A stretch of DNA of 64,000 nucleotides. Origin: the human T2T-CHM13v2.0 reference genome, Homo sapiens. The stretch lies in assembly GCF_009914755.1 (NCBI RefSeq), contig NC_060940.1; one strand, given 5' to 3'. A model generated the notes under the pieces. The model saw nothing but the letters and a program-made list of their open reading frames with translations, was not told the origin of the DNA and made no database searches. Positions within the stretch are counted from its first letter, which is position 1. Every line of letters starts with the position of its first letter. The translations under genes were made by a program, and so were the position numbers. Shown one piece after another: positions 34,640-53,642 of this stretch.

Positions 34640-36559
34640 TTATTTATGTTTAGTGCTATACTAAAGGAATAACTAGTGTTAATGGTAAACAAAAAAACCT
34701 CAAAATTTATAAATGCATGTGTGTGTGTGTGTGAAATACATGATTTTGCACAGAGTTCATATTAATATACTACTTAAAATCTCACATGTATGATTCATAA
34801 TATAAATTGAATTTTAATTATAAGAATGTATATCTCTATATCACTATTTTACCTGCACAGCATTCTAGTTTAAAAATAAGAATTTATAGAATCCCTCATA
34901 TGTTTATTTGGCTGTTATGATTCCTATAGTCATTTAAAATGTCAGGTATAAAAATAAATAATAAATCAGCAGTGAAAATTAGTGTGTTCCAGGGTATAAG
35001 TTAGGAGACATGAAGGAGGTATTTCTCTTCTTTGGGCTTTAGATTTGTGATTTATTTAATATTTACATATGCTAAAATTGGAAGACATGATTTAAGGGCC
35101 CTCTTTTTGGGGCAATCTATGAATTTAATGGTCACATTATTCTTTTAATAAACATATGCTTCAAATTATTTGTAATAGTCCCTAAATTGCAGCCCATTTT
35201 GTACATAAGTAATTTGATGATATATAAGAATATATACAATCAATGTGAACTATATATAGTAGATTAAAAAGCATAAATAGGAAATATAAAAATTAGAATG
35301 GAAGGTAAAGCCTCAGGGAAATCATATTTCAAGAATTCATGTCAGACTATACTTCACTGAGATGCAAATGTGGCTCTTAGTTGTTTGGAAGTCAGAACAA
35401 CAAAGAAAACAGAGTCAGCACAGAATACCTTGAGAAAATTATAGTATCTTGAGAATATTTCAAAGTAACAAAAGAGAAACACAAATATTCACAGATACAG
35501 ATATATAAGCACACACACACATTCACACACAAACTAAAAAATTGAAAAATGTCTTTAAGTAACTAAAGATTTAGTTTGTTCTCTTTCCTAGTTCCCAATT
35601 CTTATCTATGTGGTTTATGCATCTAACCATAAACAGTACAACTGTAATCAGAGTACATAAGTTCAGCACAAACCACTTTAGAAATTACCTTCCATAAAGG
35701 AAAGTTTTGGACAGGCTAAAGGTAAATGGCGGAGATCCTGTAGTCCATGAGCATAGAGGTGGGAGTGGGATTTAAAATTAACACAGTTTATTTCAATTTC
35801 CTCTGGTTACTGTGGCTATTTGGAATCTCAGATGATTCCAATCAGCTGGAACCTTGCACCAGCTGCTCTGGGTAGCTAGTAGAAGCATGCCATTCACCAC
35901 AGCAGTGACTGAAGGAATTGAGCTAGGAAATGCTGGGGTTATGCTGCCCGCTAAGATGGGAGGCCACTGGTGAAAACAGATCTGAAAAGTGGTTTCTCAA
36001 AGAGATGTGGTTGGCATTGGGGCTGAGATGGTGACCGTGTTAGCAATGGTTTTAGAAGAGGCAATTTGGATATAATATAACTATTTTTTAAATCTCAAAG
36101 TTATAAAAAATAATGGAAAGATCTGTCCCATCCCAATACTAGGAAAGATGATTCGCTACATTAGTTGTAGCTGGCATCTGACAGAAAGAATTCACAAAAA
36201 GAAGGGGAAAAACCAGCAACAACAAAAATTTAAAAAGATATTTTTCATGGAACATCAATTACTACAATTTTATCTTACTGGCAAGCTGGATAGCTGTTTA
36301 TGGTTTCAGTTCAGACATCCACAGACAATATAACAATATTAATAATGATAAACAGATAAATCAAAAACAAGTAAAAACACAAAACAAATAAACCATGTTG
36401 TATTTTCGAGTGGCACGGCATCTCCTTTCGTGCACATTGGCTGGGATACTCAACTAATAACAAGATCCTCATCCTGAAAACTACAAGTATTTTTTTAAAT
36501 GTGTTCCAACAGTATACAAGGGGGAATAAATTATTAAAAATATATTAGATTTCTTTATT

Positions 36560-37640
36560 TCATAACCCTTCTAAATCACTTAAAAAACAGAAAGGCATGT
36601 AAAAAAGAGAAAAAATAGCATAAACCTGAATGTAGAACTCAAGAAATGAAAGGAAAATATAATCATTAAAATATCTGCACGGAATAAAAATACATTTTAG
36701 CCACATCTGTTTTGTTCCCTCCATAAAATAACAAGAAAGTGGTTTTATTGATTTGACAGACAATACACAGTAGGTTATCATCTCAGAGATGAAAGAAAAA
36801 CCTGGATGAGAGGTAAACAGGAGCAAAAAGGGATTGAAGAACTGATTATATTTACTATATCGGTAAATATTTACAGGCGGCACAAATTCTGCACATAATT
36901 GACTTAAGAATATGGAAAACAAGTTTAAGGAAGTATCTCAGAGTGAAAATAATTAGAGATAAAAATAAAAGGAAATTATTATCATCAGTTTATTTCACTT
37001 ATTCAGGAAGACTGAATGATTGGAAGGGTAAGTAGTGGCTGGTCAATATTTATACAGAATATTGTTCTTTGGCTACAGAAAAGCTTAAATCTACAGCCTG
37101 AATGATCACAATATATTAGGACCAACTACTGAAACAGGACTATCAAGTGTATCAAGTAATATTCATTACTTAATGAAAATTTCAAATTCAAGGTAGAAGA
37201 GTTAATCTAACAATTGTGTGGAAAATATTAGATATAAACAAAAAATCTTACTTCAGACTTTTTATCTGCACTACCAGATGCCAGAATATAATGGAGTAAC
37301 ATTTTTTTATTATTGTGGTGCAAAAGTTATGAACTCCAACTTCTCTTCACAAATTTTGATTCTTATGTAATAACAATACAAAGATATGTCTAAGCTCCTC
37401 AATCACGTAGAAAATCTGATTATTATATGCTTTCCAGAAGATAAAAACTAAGAAAACAACAATAATTGGAGATATTTAATCTAGCTAATTGATGGATGAA
37501 TCAAATTCAAGACCCCAAGAACAGTGTAGGGATATTTGTATGAAAAACTGATGATACAGAATGAAACCATTAAAAGAAATAATAATTATTTAATTATATC
37601 ATTGAATATATTATTAAAAAGCTAAAAATATAATAAGTTT
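36560..37640 (+). mobile_element. Ancient L1ME/HAL1-like ORF1 relic
   Basis: A-rich strand with motifs such as CAGACTT...GATGCCAGAATATAATGGAGTAAC. The assignment is tentative. Confidence 0.4.
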
Positions 37641-37651
37641 TAAAGTAGTAC

Positions 37652-37969
37652 TATTGCAGGACTTTAGTTCAGCTAAAGACAGGGTTCTTGTCCTACGGCC
37701 ACGAAAATTCAAGTTCTCAGACAATTCGAATAGTAAGACAGGGTTTTATTGGGTGAAAAGGAAGAAAAGGGGGAAACAGAGCCTCTCCACAAGGCCAGAG
37801 CTCCTCTTGGTGCACTTCCAGCCTCGCCCTTTGAAACCCAGGTTCCACACAGGAAGAGACGGGGCCAAGCTCCTCCCCACTGCAAATGGCGGGAACTTCC
37901 TGAGGCTCCACCTCAGAGCACAGGACGGCTGAAGTTTTGCCAGAGAGCCCCTCCCACCTGTCTGTCTCA
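37652..37969 (-). mobile_element. MER61-like ERV1 solo LTR
   Basis: Minus strand starts TGAGACAGACAGGTGGGAGGGG and ends AGCTGAACTAAAGTCCTGCAATA. Perfect 4-bp TSD GTAC at 37648-37651 and 37970-37973. Confidence 0.8.
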
Positions 37970-37980
37970 GTACTTGCAGA

Positions 37981-38042
37981 AACTTTTATTTTAGTGTCAG
38001 GGGTACATAGGCAGTTTTGTTATATAGGTAAATTGCATGTTG
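37981..38042 (-). mobile_element. L1PA/PB 3'-end stub
   Basis: AACTTTTATTTTAG..AGGGGTACAT..GCAG.TTTGTTATATAGGTAAATTGCATGT. Confidence 0.7.
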
Positions 38043-39289
38043 CAATCCAAAGATAGAGGTGGTCTGTGGGTGGCTTTTGTAGTTCATTTTTTCTGGAGCC
38101 ACATCTTCTTAATTACATCAATGTGAAATGATAGCCTCTAAACACCATTCAGGCAACTTAGCATCTATGAAATTGAGACGATAATCTTAAATCTAAATTG
38201 CTAGGAATTGTGTATCTGATTTTAAGTTTTTAACAGAGTATTTTTATAGCTAAAACCAGAAAAGACATAAAGGTTACTCTAAGTCAATGGAAGACATGAA
38301 CTTAAGCCAAGTGGTAGGACTTACAAGCAATTCTGTCTCAAATATAGGGCATATCTCAGTTTTTATGGACAAGAGAAATTTTTAAAGTTTTTCTACTTTT
38401 GTTACCCAAGTATCTCCATTCTATTAACTAAAAAATGTTTTATGATAGAAATAAAATGTAAATAAGCTAACATCTAACAATAGGATAATTATTTTAATTT
38501 TATTGCATGTCTCGTCTCTCACAGAAATATCAGCAGGGTCCAAATGGTGGCCCTTGGGTCTCTCACATGATGTGTGCGTGTGTGTTTGTGTGTGTGTGTG
38601 TGTGTCTGGGTGGAAGGGGTTGGGGAGGGAGAAGTGTTGTAAAAGGAAATTAAAGAAATTGGGTAAAGTTCCTGATCTTCACTCACCCAAAACTTGGACT
38701 TAGCAAATAGAAGAAGAGAGAGAAGCAGGCAAGTGTATAGATAATTTTGGATAGAAGTTAAGAATTACATTTGGAGAAATGAGAAACCAGTTTAGGAATA
38801 TAGATGGGGCTGGAGTTTTAAGAGCTTTAGATATAGGCCACTGAGCTTACACTTTTATCAATTTTAGGTCGGTGTTTCTTAACAATAGCTTCCTCTTCCA
38901 ACCCTGATAACGTATCTGCTATGTAATGTCCCATATTTGAACCCTTCTATGGACATTAATTAAATATTTTTAAAATAAGATAAAATAAGACAAAAAAAGA
39001 GGTCTATAAGGTCCCTTTTTTCCTCTCTAACTCATCTTGACATGTTAGGTAATAATCAAGTTGAGAATTGCTGCTGTACTCAATGTAAAATAATAGTAAA
39101 TAACCCCATTATTACAAATCATCCTACTCAGAAAAAACAAAATGCTGGCTGTATTATTTGAAATAAAATGGATAAGTGTGTGGTAAAAATGGTGTTTTAT
39201 GGCTTTTCAATTGCTTATTTACTCACACTGAAAAATAGAAACATCAGAAAGCAAAGGCCATAGGCAAGAGTTAAGAAGCTCATTCTTCT

Positions 39290-39538
39290 TGGTTTGCCTG
39301 AGATAGTTCTGGTTTATATCAATTTTCTTGTTGTAATTAATAATAGTCATCCCTTAAACTCTCAAAATGTCCCAGGTTAGGCTTGGTGTGGTGGCTCATG
39401 CCTGTAATCCCAGTTCTTTGGGAGGCCGATGTGGGACAAACACTTGAGCCCAGGAGTTTGAAACCAGCTTGGGAAACATAGTGAGACCCTATCTCTTTAA
39501 AAATAAGTTCCAGATTATAAATTATGTTATCACCCTAG
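39290..39538. mobile_element. hAT-Blackjack MITE (MER94/MER81-like), interrupted by a FLAM
   Basis: GGTTTGCCTGAGATAGT...CTCTCAAAATGTCCCAGG and terminal ATAAATTATGTTATCACCCTA. Confidence 0.55.
39380..39505 (+). mobile_element. FLAM_C / Alu left monomer
   Basis: Single monomer. TSD-like flanks GTCCCAGGTTA and GTTCCAGATTA. Confidence 0.85.
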
Positions 39539-42500
39539 CAAAGAATGATCTTAGTAATTTTTTTCAAAATATTTTAACACAGAATGAAATATGATGTCAA
39601 AATTTTATGTATATGGATATTTAGATACATTTTAAAGCCTCAAATAAGTCTATTAAATATATAAAGCATATATAGAAATCTAATTTTGAAGAAATTTTCA
39701 TTTTAAAGTTACTTTCCTCATTTAACTGTTTGTCTTTGGAATGAGCACCTTCAATTATTTGGCATGTGATTTAACCTGCACATCTTTCTTATGTTTGCTA
39801 TAAAACATGTTCCCCCATATCTTTTGGCTGTGTCAAGATTAACGTGCTCTAGTTAGAAGCTAGAATGTGGCAAGGAACAGTATTCAGTATCCAGAAAACT
39901 GGGCTCTGGCATTTACCTGAGTTATGCTTCTGTCCTATGGGGACTTCTACATTTAGACCAAGAGAACTAATATCCAGTGAAACTGCATCCTGGAAGGCAT
40001 ATGGGTAGCTCAATTCTGTGACTTCTTTCTTCCTACCAGTGATCTAGGGGCTGTACTTAGCGGGTTCTCGTGATATCATGGTAGAGAACCGATGCTTTTA
40101 AATTACTTGCTCTGGGGCACCACTATACTCAAAATGAAATGGCATATTTGTGCAATCTTTCTAAAAGAGAATTTTCCATATATTGAACACAATTTACAAG
40201 TGAGAACATTACCATTACTACAAACAACAATGACACCATCAGTAATAATAGCAGCCTGTGACTAGCAACTCTATATCCAGAATTTCATCTGAAGGAAAGA
40301 AGTAGAATAGCATGCTAACAGTTTCCTGTGTGAACATAAATCACACTAAATATTTTTTAAAAGAAAAAAATGAAAGAGAAAAAGAAAAAGGAATGGATAG
40401 ATACGAAGAGAAATAACTTCAAATACCTCAAAATAGAAAAATTATTGAATAATTCACGTTAAGCCATGAAATATCATGTTTATAAGCAGTGTATTTTATA
40501 GAAAAATGGTCATGACATAAATATCTGTGCCCACGTAAAGTTAATATGGAAAAAGAAATTCACATTTTCTATATACTGAGAGTTCCAATGGTAAAATTGT
40601 GGGCGTTATTTATTTTCCATATATTTCTTAAGAACTTTCAAATTTTCTATAATAAGCATTAGCTACATAGTCAGAATTTTAAAATATTATTTACAACATA
40701 AGTATTTTTTATAATAAAACTGTATAAAGAAGTGGCATTTTATTGTCCCAGATATTTATTGTAAAGCAACCTGCCATTTACAACTTAAATGTAGGGAAAA
40801 TATTCCATCCCGTTGAGTTCAGCGTGATTGAGTTCACCTGTGTGATATAAAATGCATTTTCTATTAGTTTGTGTGGCCATAAAGTCAATAAAAGGAACAG
40901 CAGTCTTCCCCATAGAATGCTCACCTACTGTAGTTTTCAGCTTATTATATAGCAAAGAGGAACAAAATACTCATAGTAACAATGTATTTTTAATAGGTTC
41001 TCAAGCTGTCCCTTTTACAAAGAGTGGTGGCTGAATACAGATGTGGCCGCTGTGAAGTTTTATATAGTTGTATGGGCTGAACAAAAACCAGGTAGGGAGA
41101 CATTTATCTAACACAAACGCGTGGGCTCTTCAGGCATACAGCCTACTGATTTTCCAATGGGTTACTAGTTCTGTTTTCCCTGAATGTGGCCCAAATGTTG
41201 TGGGCAAAATGCTTTTTGGAAAGCAACAAAAAGATTATCAAACATAAATGTTAGAAATAAAAAAGGATATGCAAGAGAATTGATTAATTCACAAAAAAAT
41301 CATTGCAAAGACAAAGGGTAAATATCACCATAGATTCAGATGAGATAGATACTCATTAATTTAAATTTAACATTTTAAATGTGTGGTTAAGTTTAAAATT
41401 AGATATAATGACCTACAATTACATTTGGAAAGTGTGTTTCCTCCTCCTAGTGGCTGGATATGAGATTTTAAAAATTTCCTTTGTCCTACTCAAATCCTAC
41501 AATTTCAGAGCTCATTCCAATATTCTCTTTTACCTGAAGATGGTATAGAATTCCTCAAGCCAATTAAATGGTGTCTAGTTGAAGCAAAGGTTGTCAACTA
41601 ATGTAAAATCCTATAGAGATTGGGCAGTTAAAATTAAGGGAGGAGGACTTAATGTTTGCTGTCTCCAATTCCTAGTTTATCTTCCAATGTTTTACTTAGG
41701 ATGAGTGCCGAAAAAAATATTTCTCTGCTATAACAAAATGCAATAGTGTTAGAGGATATTTAATGGTCACTTAATCTTTTAGTGCATGGAGACAATAGGG
41801 CGTGGTGGGGATTACGGCAAATTAGAGAGGATTCCTATCAAAGAGAAGGTCGGGAGAATACTACTCAGTCCAGTGTTGTGAGAGCTCCAGATATTTTAGG
41901 AAATCCTCAAATCCAAGTCAACATTGAGAATAAGGAAATTTTATTTTACAACATAACATAAGGTGGAATTTTACACTGTAAAACAAAATGTAGTATGATG
42001 TGTGGAACATTCACTTACATTCCCTGACCTGATCTTGAATATGGAACTTACATGTGGATGGTTCAGAGACAGTGTATGTCATGGTTAAAAGCATGAACTC
42101 TGGAGGCCAAGTATCCCTGATACAACGTGAACTTTGCCAGCCACAGGCAGTTTAATTTCAGGAAAATGATTGCAGTTACTATATTATTGTGGGAATTCAA
42201 TGAGCTAACATAAACACAGTCCTTAAAAGAACACATAGTACGTATTAGGAATTATTTCATTACTGACTAATTGGATAAAAAGGAACCTGCTAGATTTTTT
42301 CTTCCGATGGGCAAGGAAAGGCATTATTCATTTATTTATCTCTAGATTATAACAAAAATAGGAGCTCAGAAAAGTTTTGTTGATTGTGGAATTGTGGAAA
42401 AAAACAGCAATATAGAGTTGGAAAGACCTGAGCTTCAACCACTGCTATAGTACATAACAATTGTGTGACCTTGGACATCACACTTTGTGAAAATTGGGAA

Positions 42501-42552
42501 TAGTGATACCCAACTTTAAATGAGTAGTAATGAAGATTAGAGTTAAAATATG

Positions 42553-43141
42553 TGTGGTAGGTAGTATGGCCTTTGCCCTTTGGTACTACCCCTGTGATTA
42601 TGTTACTTTACTTGGCAAAGGAATTTTGCATGTGCAATTAAGTTGATTTTAGTATAGGAAGATTATGAGGCTGAGGGTAGACTAATCGATTCACACAAGC
42701 TCTTTAAAAGCAGTGTTTTCTCCTGCTAGTGGCAGGAGGAGGCTGAGATTTGAAGCATGAGACAGACTTGATATCCTGTTGCTGGCTTGGGGGGGGTTGG
42801 AAGAAGGAATTCAGGAGGCTTCTAAAAGGAGAGAACAGCCTCCAGCTATAAACCAGTAAGGGAATGGGTACCACATATCTACATCTACATAGAAGGAACT
42901 GGATTTTGCCAACAACTTGAATGAAACTGAAAACGTATTCTTCCCTAGAGTCTCTGGGTAAGAGTCTAGCAGGACTGAAACCTTGATTTCAGCCTTGTGA
43001 GAACTCCAAGCAAGAACCCACTTGAGCCTGCCTGGACTTGTGAACTCTGCCCAATTTCTGAACTGTGAGCTGCTATATGGGTGTTCTTGAAGCCACTAAG
43101 TTTATAGTAATATTTTACACAGCAGTAGAAAGCTAATATAC
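42553..43141 (+). mobile_element. MLT1 (MLT1E-like) LTR inserted in a MIR
   Basis: TGTGGTAGG start and AAGCCACTAAGTTT...CAGCAGTAGAAAGCTAATA end, with MIR sequence on both sides. Confidence 0.8.
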
Positions 43142-44204
43142 CATGTAAATTGTGTGACGCTTAGTAGCTACATATTAAATGTTAGCTATTATTGCAATTA
43201 AATATTTGTTCAGTGAATCAAGATTGAGCATTTGGTGTTAAAATTCTTCCAACAGACAAAATTACCCTAGATATAGTCTCCTATTTATTTTCTCCTCTTA
43301 GCCTTCTGAATGCTGAGATTAAAAATAGATTACAGAAACAAGAACAGTAAGACACTGGAAGGGATGTGGAGAAACAAAAGTAAATCAACTATTCCTAGGA
43401 TAATTAAATCACTCAAGATATCCCTTTCCTAGAAATCTTTAGTGGCAGAACTAATTGATACTTTTTTGAGATTGTTTTTGACATATCTATTTTTTCCTGA
43501 ATTGGTTGGGAAAAAATCTTCTATTTTCAGAATTGTATGTTTTATTGCTCTGTTGGAATAGTTCATGCCTTTTTAGAATTGGGGTTGATCCAGGATAGGC
43601 ATAGATGTGAAGAGTCTAAGGCATCCTGTGTGGATTTGCCACTCTGTACCTCCCATGCCTAATACATAGTAGGCGCTCAGTAAATATTTACGAAAAGAAT
43701 GCATCCTGGGGCTAATTTCAGGCTCATGGTTTTGGCAACCTTTTTAAGACCACTTAGTTTAGTGTTTGGCCACAGAAGGTCCTCAATAACCTTAATGAAA
43801 TAAATGAATAAATTGATGAAATTTTTCTGTCACCTCTTAAAACCATGGTATTCTCTCCTTCTTTAACACACCTCTCTTCCCTGCCCTCTATTCCATAATT
43901 TTCCAAATTACGTTTCTCTAATTTTCCCAAAGTAGCTGAGAGTATTGCTTAAAATTGCTCCCTTTGATCATACTTTCAGAGTTAATATCTCCTTTCTTTT
44001 AAAAATGTCTTATGTGTTTTCATAATACAGAAAATCATTTAAATGTATTGTTGGTGTCATCAGAACTTCTAAGAGTGTGATACTAAGGCAGAATGTGTGA
44101 ATCACTGGTGTAAAATCATCCAAAGCTGTATCTCTTAAAATTAATTTAAAATGAAGTATTAATAATTTTGGTAAAATATATCACTACAATTATTAAAGTA
44201 CATA

Positions 44205-50726
<6,522 letters not shown>

Positions 50727-50895
50727 TAATATATAAAACGTATTTCAACTGCATATCTTTCAGGATATCAGATTCAGGGGAAATAAATATATGAGAAAAA
50801 CTGTATAGACACAGAACTAACATTGTATATGTACGGCCAACATCAAATTATATGCTGAACAATGAATTAAAATCAGATGTGTGTTCTCTTAACAA

Positions 50896-51288
50896 TGCTG
50901 TAATTTAAATGTGTCCCCCATTGTTTATGTGTTGGAGACTTAATCCCTCAGTGCAACTGTGTTGAGAGGTAGGGCTTTAAGAGGTGATTAGCTCATGAGG
51001 GCTCTGCCCTCATGTGTGGATTCATGCTGTTATTAAGGGAGTAGGTTAGTTATTGTGGGAGTGGGATCTTGATGAAAGGAATGAGATTGGCTGTCTTCCC
51101 TCTGTCTCTCTCAAGCTCTTTCTTGCTCCTCTGCCTTCCACCATGGGATGATGTGACAAGAGGTTCTTGCCAGATGTGAACTCTTCAACATTGGACTCCT
51201 CAGTCTCCAAAACCATAAAAAATCTCTATTCCTTATAAAATACAGTCTCAGACATAACAATTATAGCAGCACAAAATGAACTAAGACA
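50896..51288 (+). mobile_element. MST (MSTB/D-like) MaLR LTR
   Basis: AATGTGTCCCCCA...CATGAGGGCTCTGCCCTCATG...AGCAGCACAAAATGAACTAAGACA. Confidence 0.87.
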
Positions 51289-51397
51289 AGCATCTGTTAA
51301 TATTTTTAAACCAGAAGGAAGTAGTAAATTAGATCTTTGCTTCAAAGGATTTTGAATCACAACCATAAGAGAACAATACAATATTTTCAGCTCAAAT

Positions 51398-51675
51398 ATG
51401 TGAGTGTGTGTGTGTATATATATATATTTTCTTTTTTTGTTGTGTCATTGCCATATATATATGTATATATATATACATATATATATGTGTGTATATATAT
51501 ATATACACATATATATACGTATATATGTGTATATATATACACACATATATATATGTAGCCACAAGTTGCATATGAAAAAATAAATGACCATACTTTATTA
51601 TTCTGTATGTGTATGAATATGTGTGTGTGTATATGTGGCAGGGGAGTTGCTGTGTGTGTATGTGTGCATGTGTGT
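51398..51675. repeat. (TA)n/(TG)n compound microsatellite
   Basis: Visible alternating purine-pyrimidine tracts. Confidence 0.9.
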
Positions 51676-51873
51676 TAATGAGAGAAACAGGAGATAGAGA
51701 AGGAGAGAGAACAAAGGAGAACTTGAGATTGAGTACATGCATCTTTTCTTTGGGCTCTTGAGATAAGTTGAAGCAATATTTATAAAATCAGGATGTTTGC
51801 ATGTTTAGTTTTACCAGTCTGTGTTGTAGGTACTAATGCTTTATATAACCAAACATAGGATTAAATAGGTATG

Positions 51874-52932
51874 TGTATTGGTCAGGGTTCTCCATAGAAA
51901 TAGAACCAATAGAATAGATAGAAATAGATATAGTGTATTATAAGGAATTGGCTCACATGATTATGGAGATTAACAAGTCCCAAGATCTGCAGTTCAGGAA
52001 ACTGGAGAACCAGAAGATATTGGCTACGGGTTTGTCATAAATAGCTCTTATTATTTTGAGATGTGTTCCATCAATACCTAGTTTATTGAGAGTTTTCAGC
52101 ATGAAGCAATGTTGAATTTTATCGAAGGCCTTTTCTGCATCTATTGAGATAATCATATGGTTTTTCTCATTGGTTCTGTTTATGTGATGGATTATGTTTA
52201 TTGATTTGCGTATGTTGAACCAGCCTGGCATCCCAGAGATAAGCCGACTTGATTGTGATGGATAAGCTTTCTGATGTGCTGCTGGATTCGATTTGCCAGT
52301 ATTTTATTGAGGATTTTCACATCAATGTTCATCTGAGATATTGGACTGAAATTTTCTTTTTTTGTTACGTCTTTGCCAGTTTTTGGTATCAGGATGATGC
52401 TGGCCTCATAAAATGAGTTAGGGAGGAGTCCCTCTTTTTCTCTTATTTGGAATAGTTTCAGAAGGAATGGTACCAGCTCCTCTTTGTACCTCTGGTAGTT
52501 CTAGCGATAAGTCCAAAGTGTAGCTAGAACTACATTTTGTAGTTCTAACCTGAGTCCAAAGGCTGAGAACCAGGACAACTGATAATACTGTTTCTGTCTT
52601 AAGGCCTGCAGGCTCGAGACCCAGGAACAGCAGATGTTTCAATGTGAATCCAAAGGTAGGAGAAACAAACAAAAACATCCCAGCTCAAGTCAGTTAAACT
52701 GAAGGAAATTCTCCCTTATTCCCATGGGTCAGCGTTTTTGTTCTATTCATGTCTTTAGCTGATTGGATGAAGCTCACTCACAATAGAGGGTCAATCTGTT
52801 TTACCCAGCCTACAGATTCAAATGTTAATCTCATCTAGAAACACTCTCACAGACACACGCAGAATAATGTTCAACCAAGTGTCTGGACACACTGTGGCAC
52901 AGTTAAGTTGACACATAAAACTACCCATCACA
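51874..52932 (-). mobile_element. MLT2 solo LTR interrupted by an L1 fragment
   Basis: TGTATTGGTCAGGGTTCTCC...AAGTTGACACATAAAA..CCATCACA, with near-TSD GTATG/ATATG. Confidence 0.88.
52016..52498 (-). mobile_element. Internal L1PA ORF2 (RT region) fragment with no 3'UTR, poly-A or TSD
   Basis: Peptide [41 protein letters not shown]. Both ends abut MLT2 sequence or filler. Confidence 0.92.
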
Positions 52933-53187
52933 ATATGCCTTGCTATAATTACCATTTCAAACAAGTCAAAATGTCCTCATAATCCATATAAACTGCCTAC
53001 ACATTGGGCTTACTCTTTGTACACTTTCTTCCCTCCCTTTCGTTTGCCCTTCCTTTCTTTCTTTCAAATCACATACAAATAATTTCAAATATGATTTTAT
53101 TTTATTAATGAACAACTAAATTAGGACTACACTGAGAATATTTAGGTTTGGGAGAATACATTTCAGAGTATATACTTAATAGACTTC

Positions 53188-53642
53188 TGTCACACATGTC
53201 CGTGTGAAGACAGTCCACCAAACAGGCTTTGTGTGAGCAACAAGGCTGTTTATTTCACCTGGGTGCAGGTGGGCTAAGTCCGAAAAAGGGGTCAGCAAAG
53301 GGTGGTGGGATTATCATTAGTTCTTATAGGTTTGGGATAGGCGGTGGAGTTTTTTGTGGGTAGGGGGTAGATCTCACAAAGTATATTTTCAAGGGCAGGG
53401 AGAATGTTACAAAATACCTTCTTAAGGGCGGGGTTGTGGGGGGAATATCACAAAGTACATCATCGCAAGGGCGGGGAGGGTGTATTGTCATAAGGTCAAT
53501 TGATCAGTTAGGGTGGGGCAGGAACAGATCATAATGGTGGAATGTCATCTTTTGTGGTTCGTCAGTTGCTTCAGGCCATCTGGATGTATACATGCAGGTC
53601 ACAGGGGATATGATGGCTTAGCTTGGGCTCAGAGGCCTGACA
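53188..53642 (-). mobile_element. HERV-H solo LTR (LTR7 family, LTR7B-like)
   Basis: Minus strand starts TGTCAGGCCTCTGAGCCCAAGCTAAGCCATCATATCCCCTGTGACC. Perfect 5-bp TSD ACTTC at 53183-53187 and 53643-53647. Confidence 0.93.

Noticed and set aside
51337-51742. Y/I/H/T-rich ORFs
   Set aside because: These are translations of the (TA)/(TG) microsatellite.
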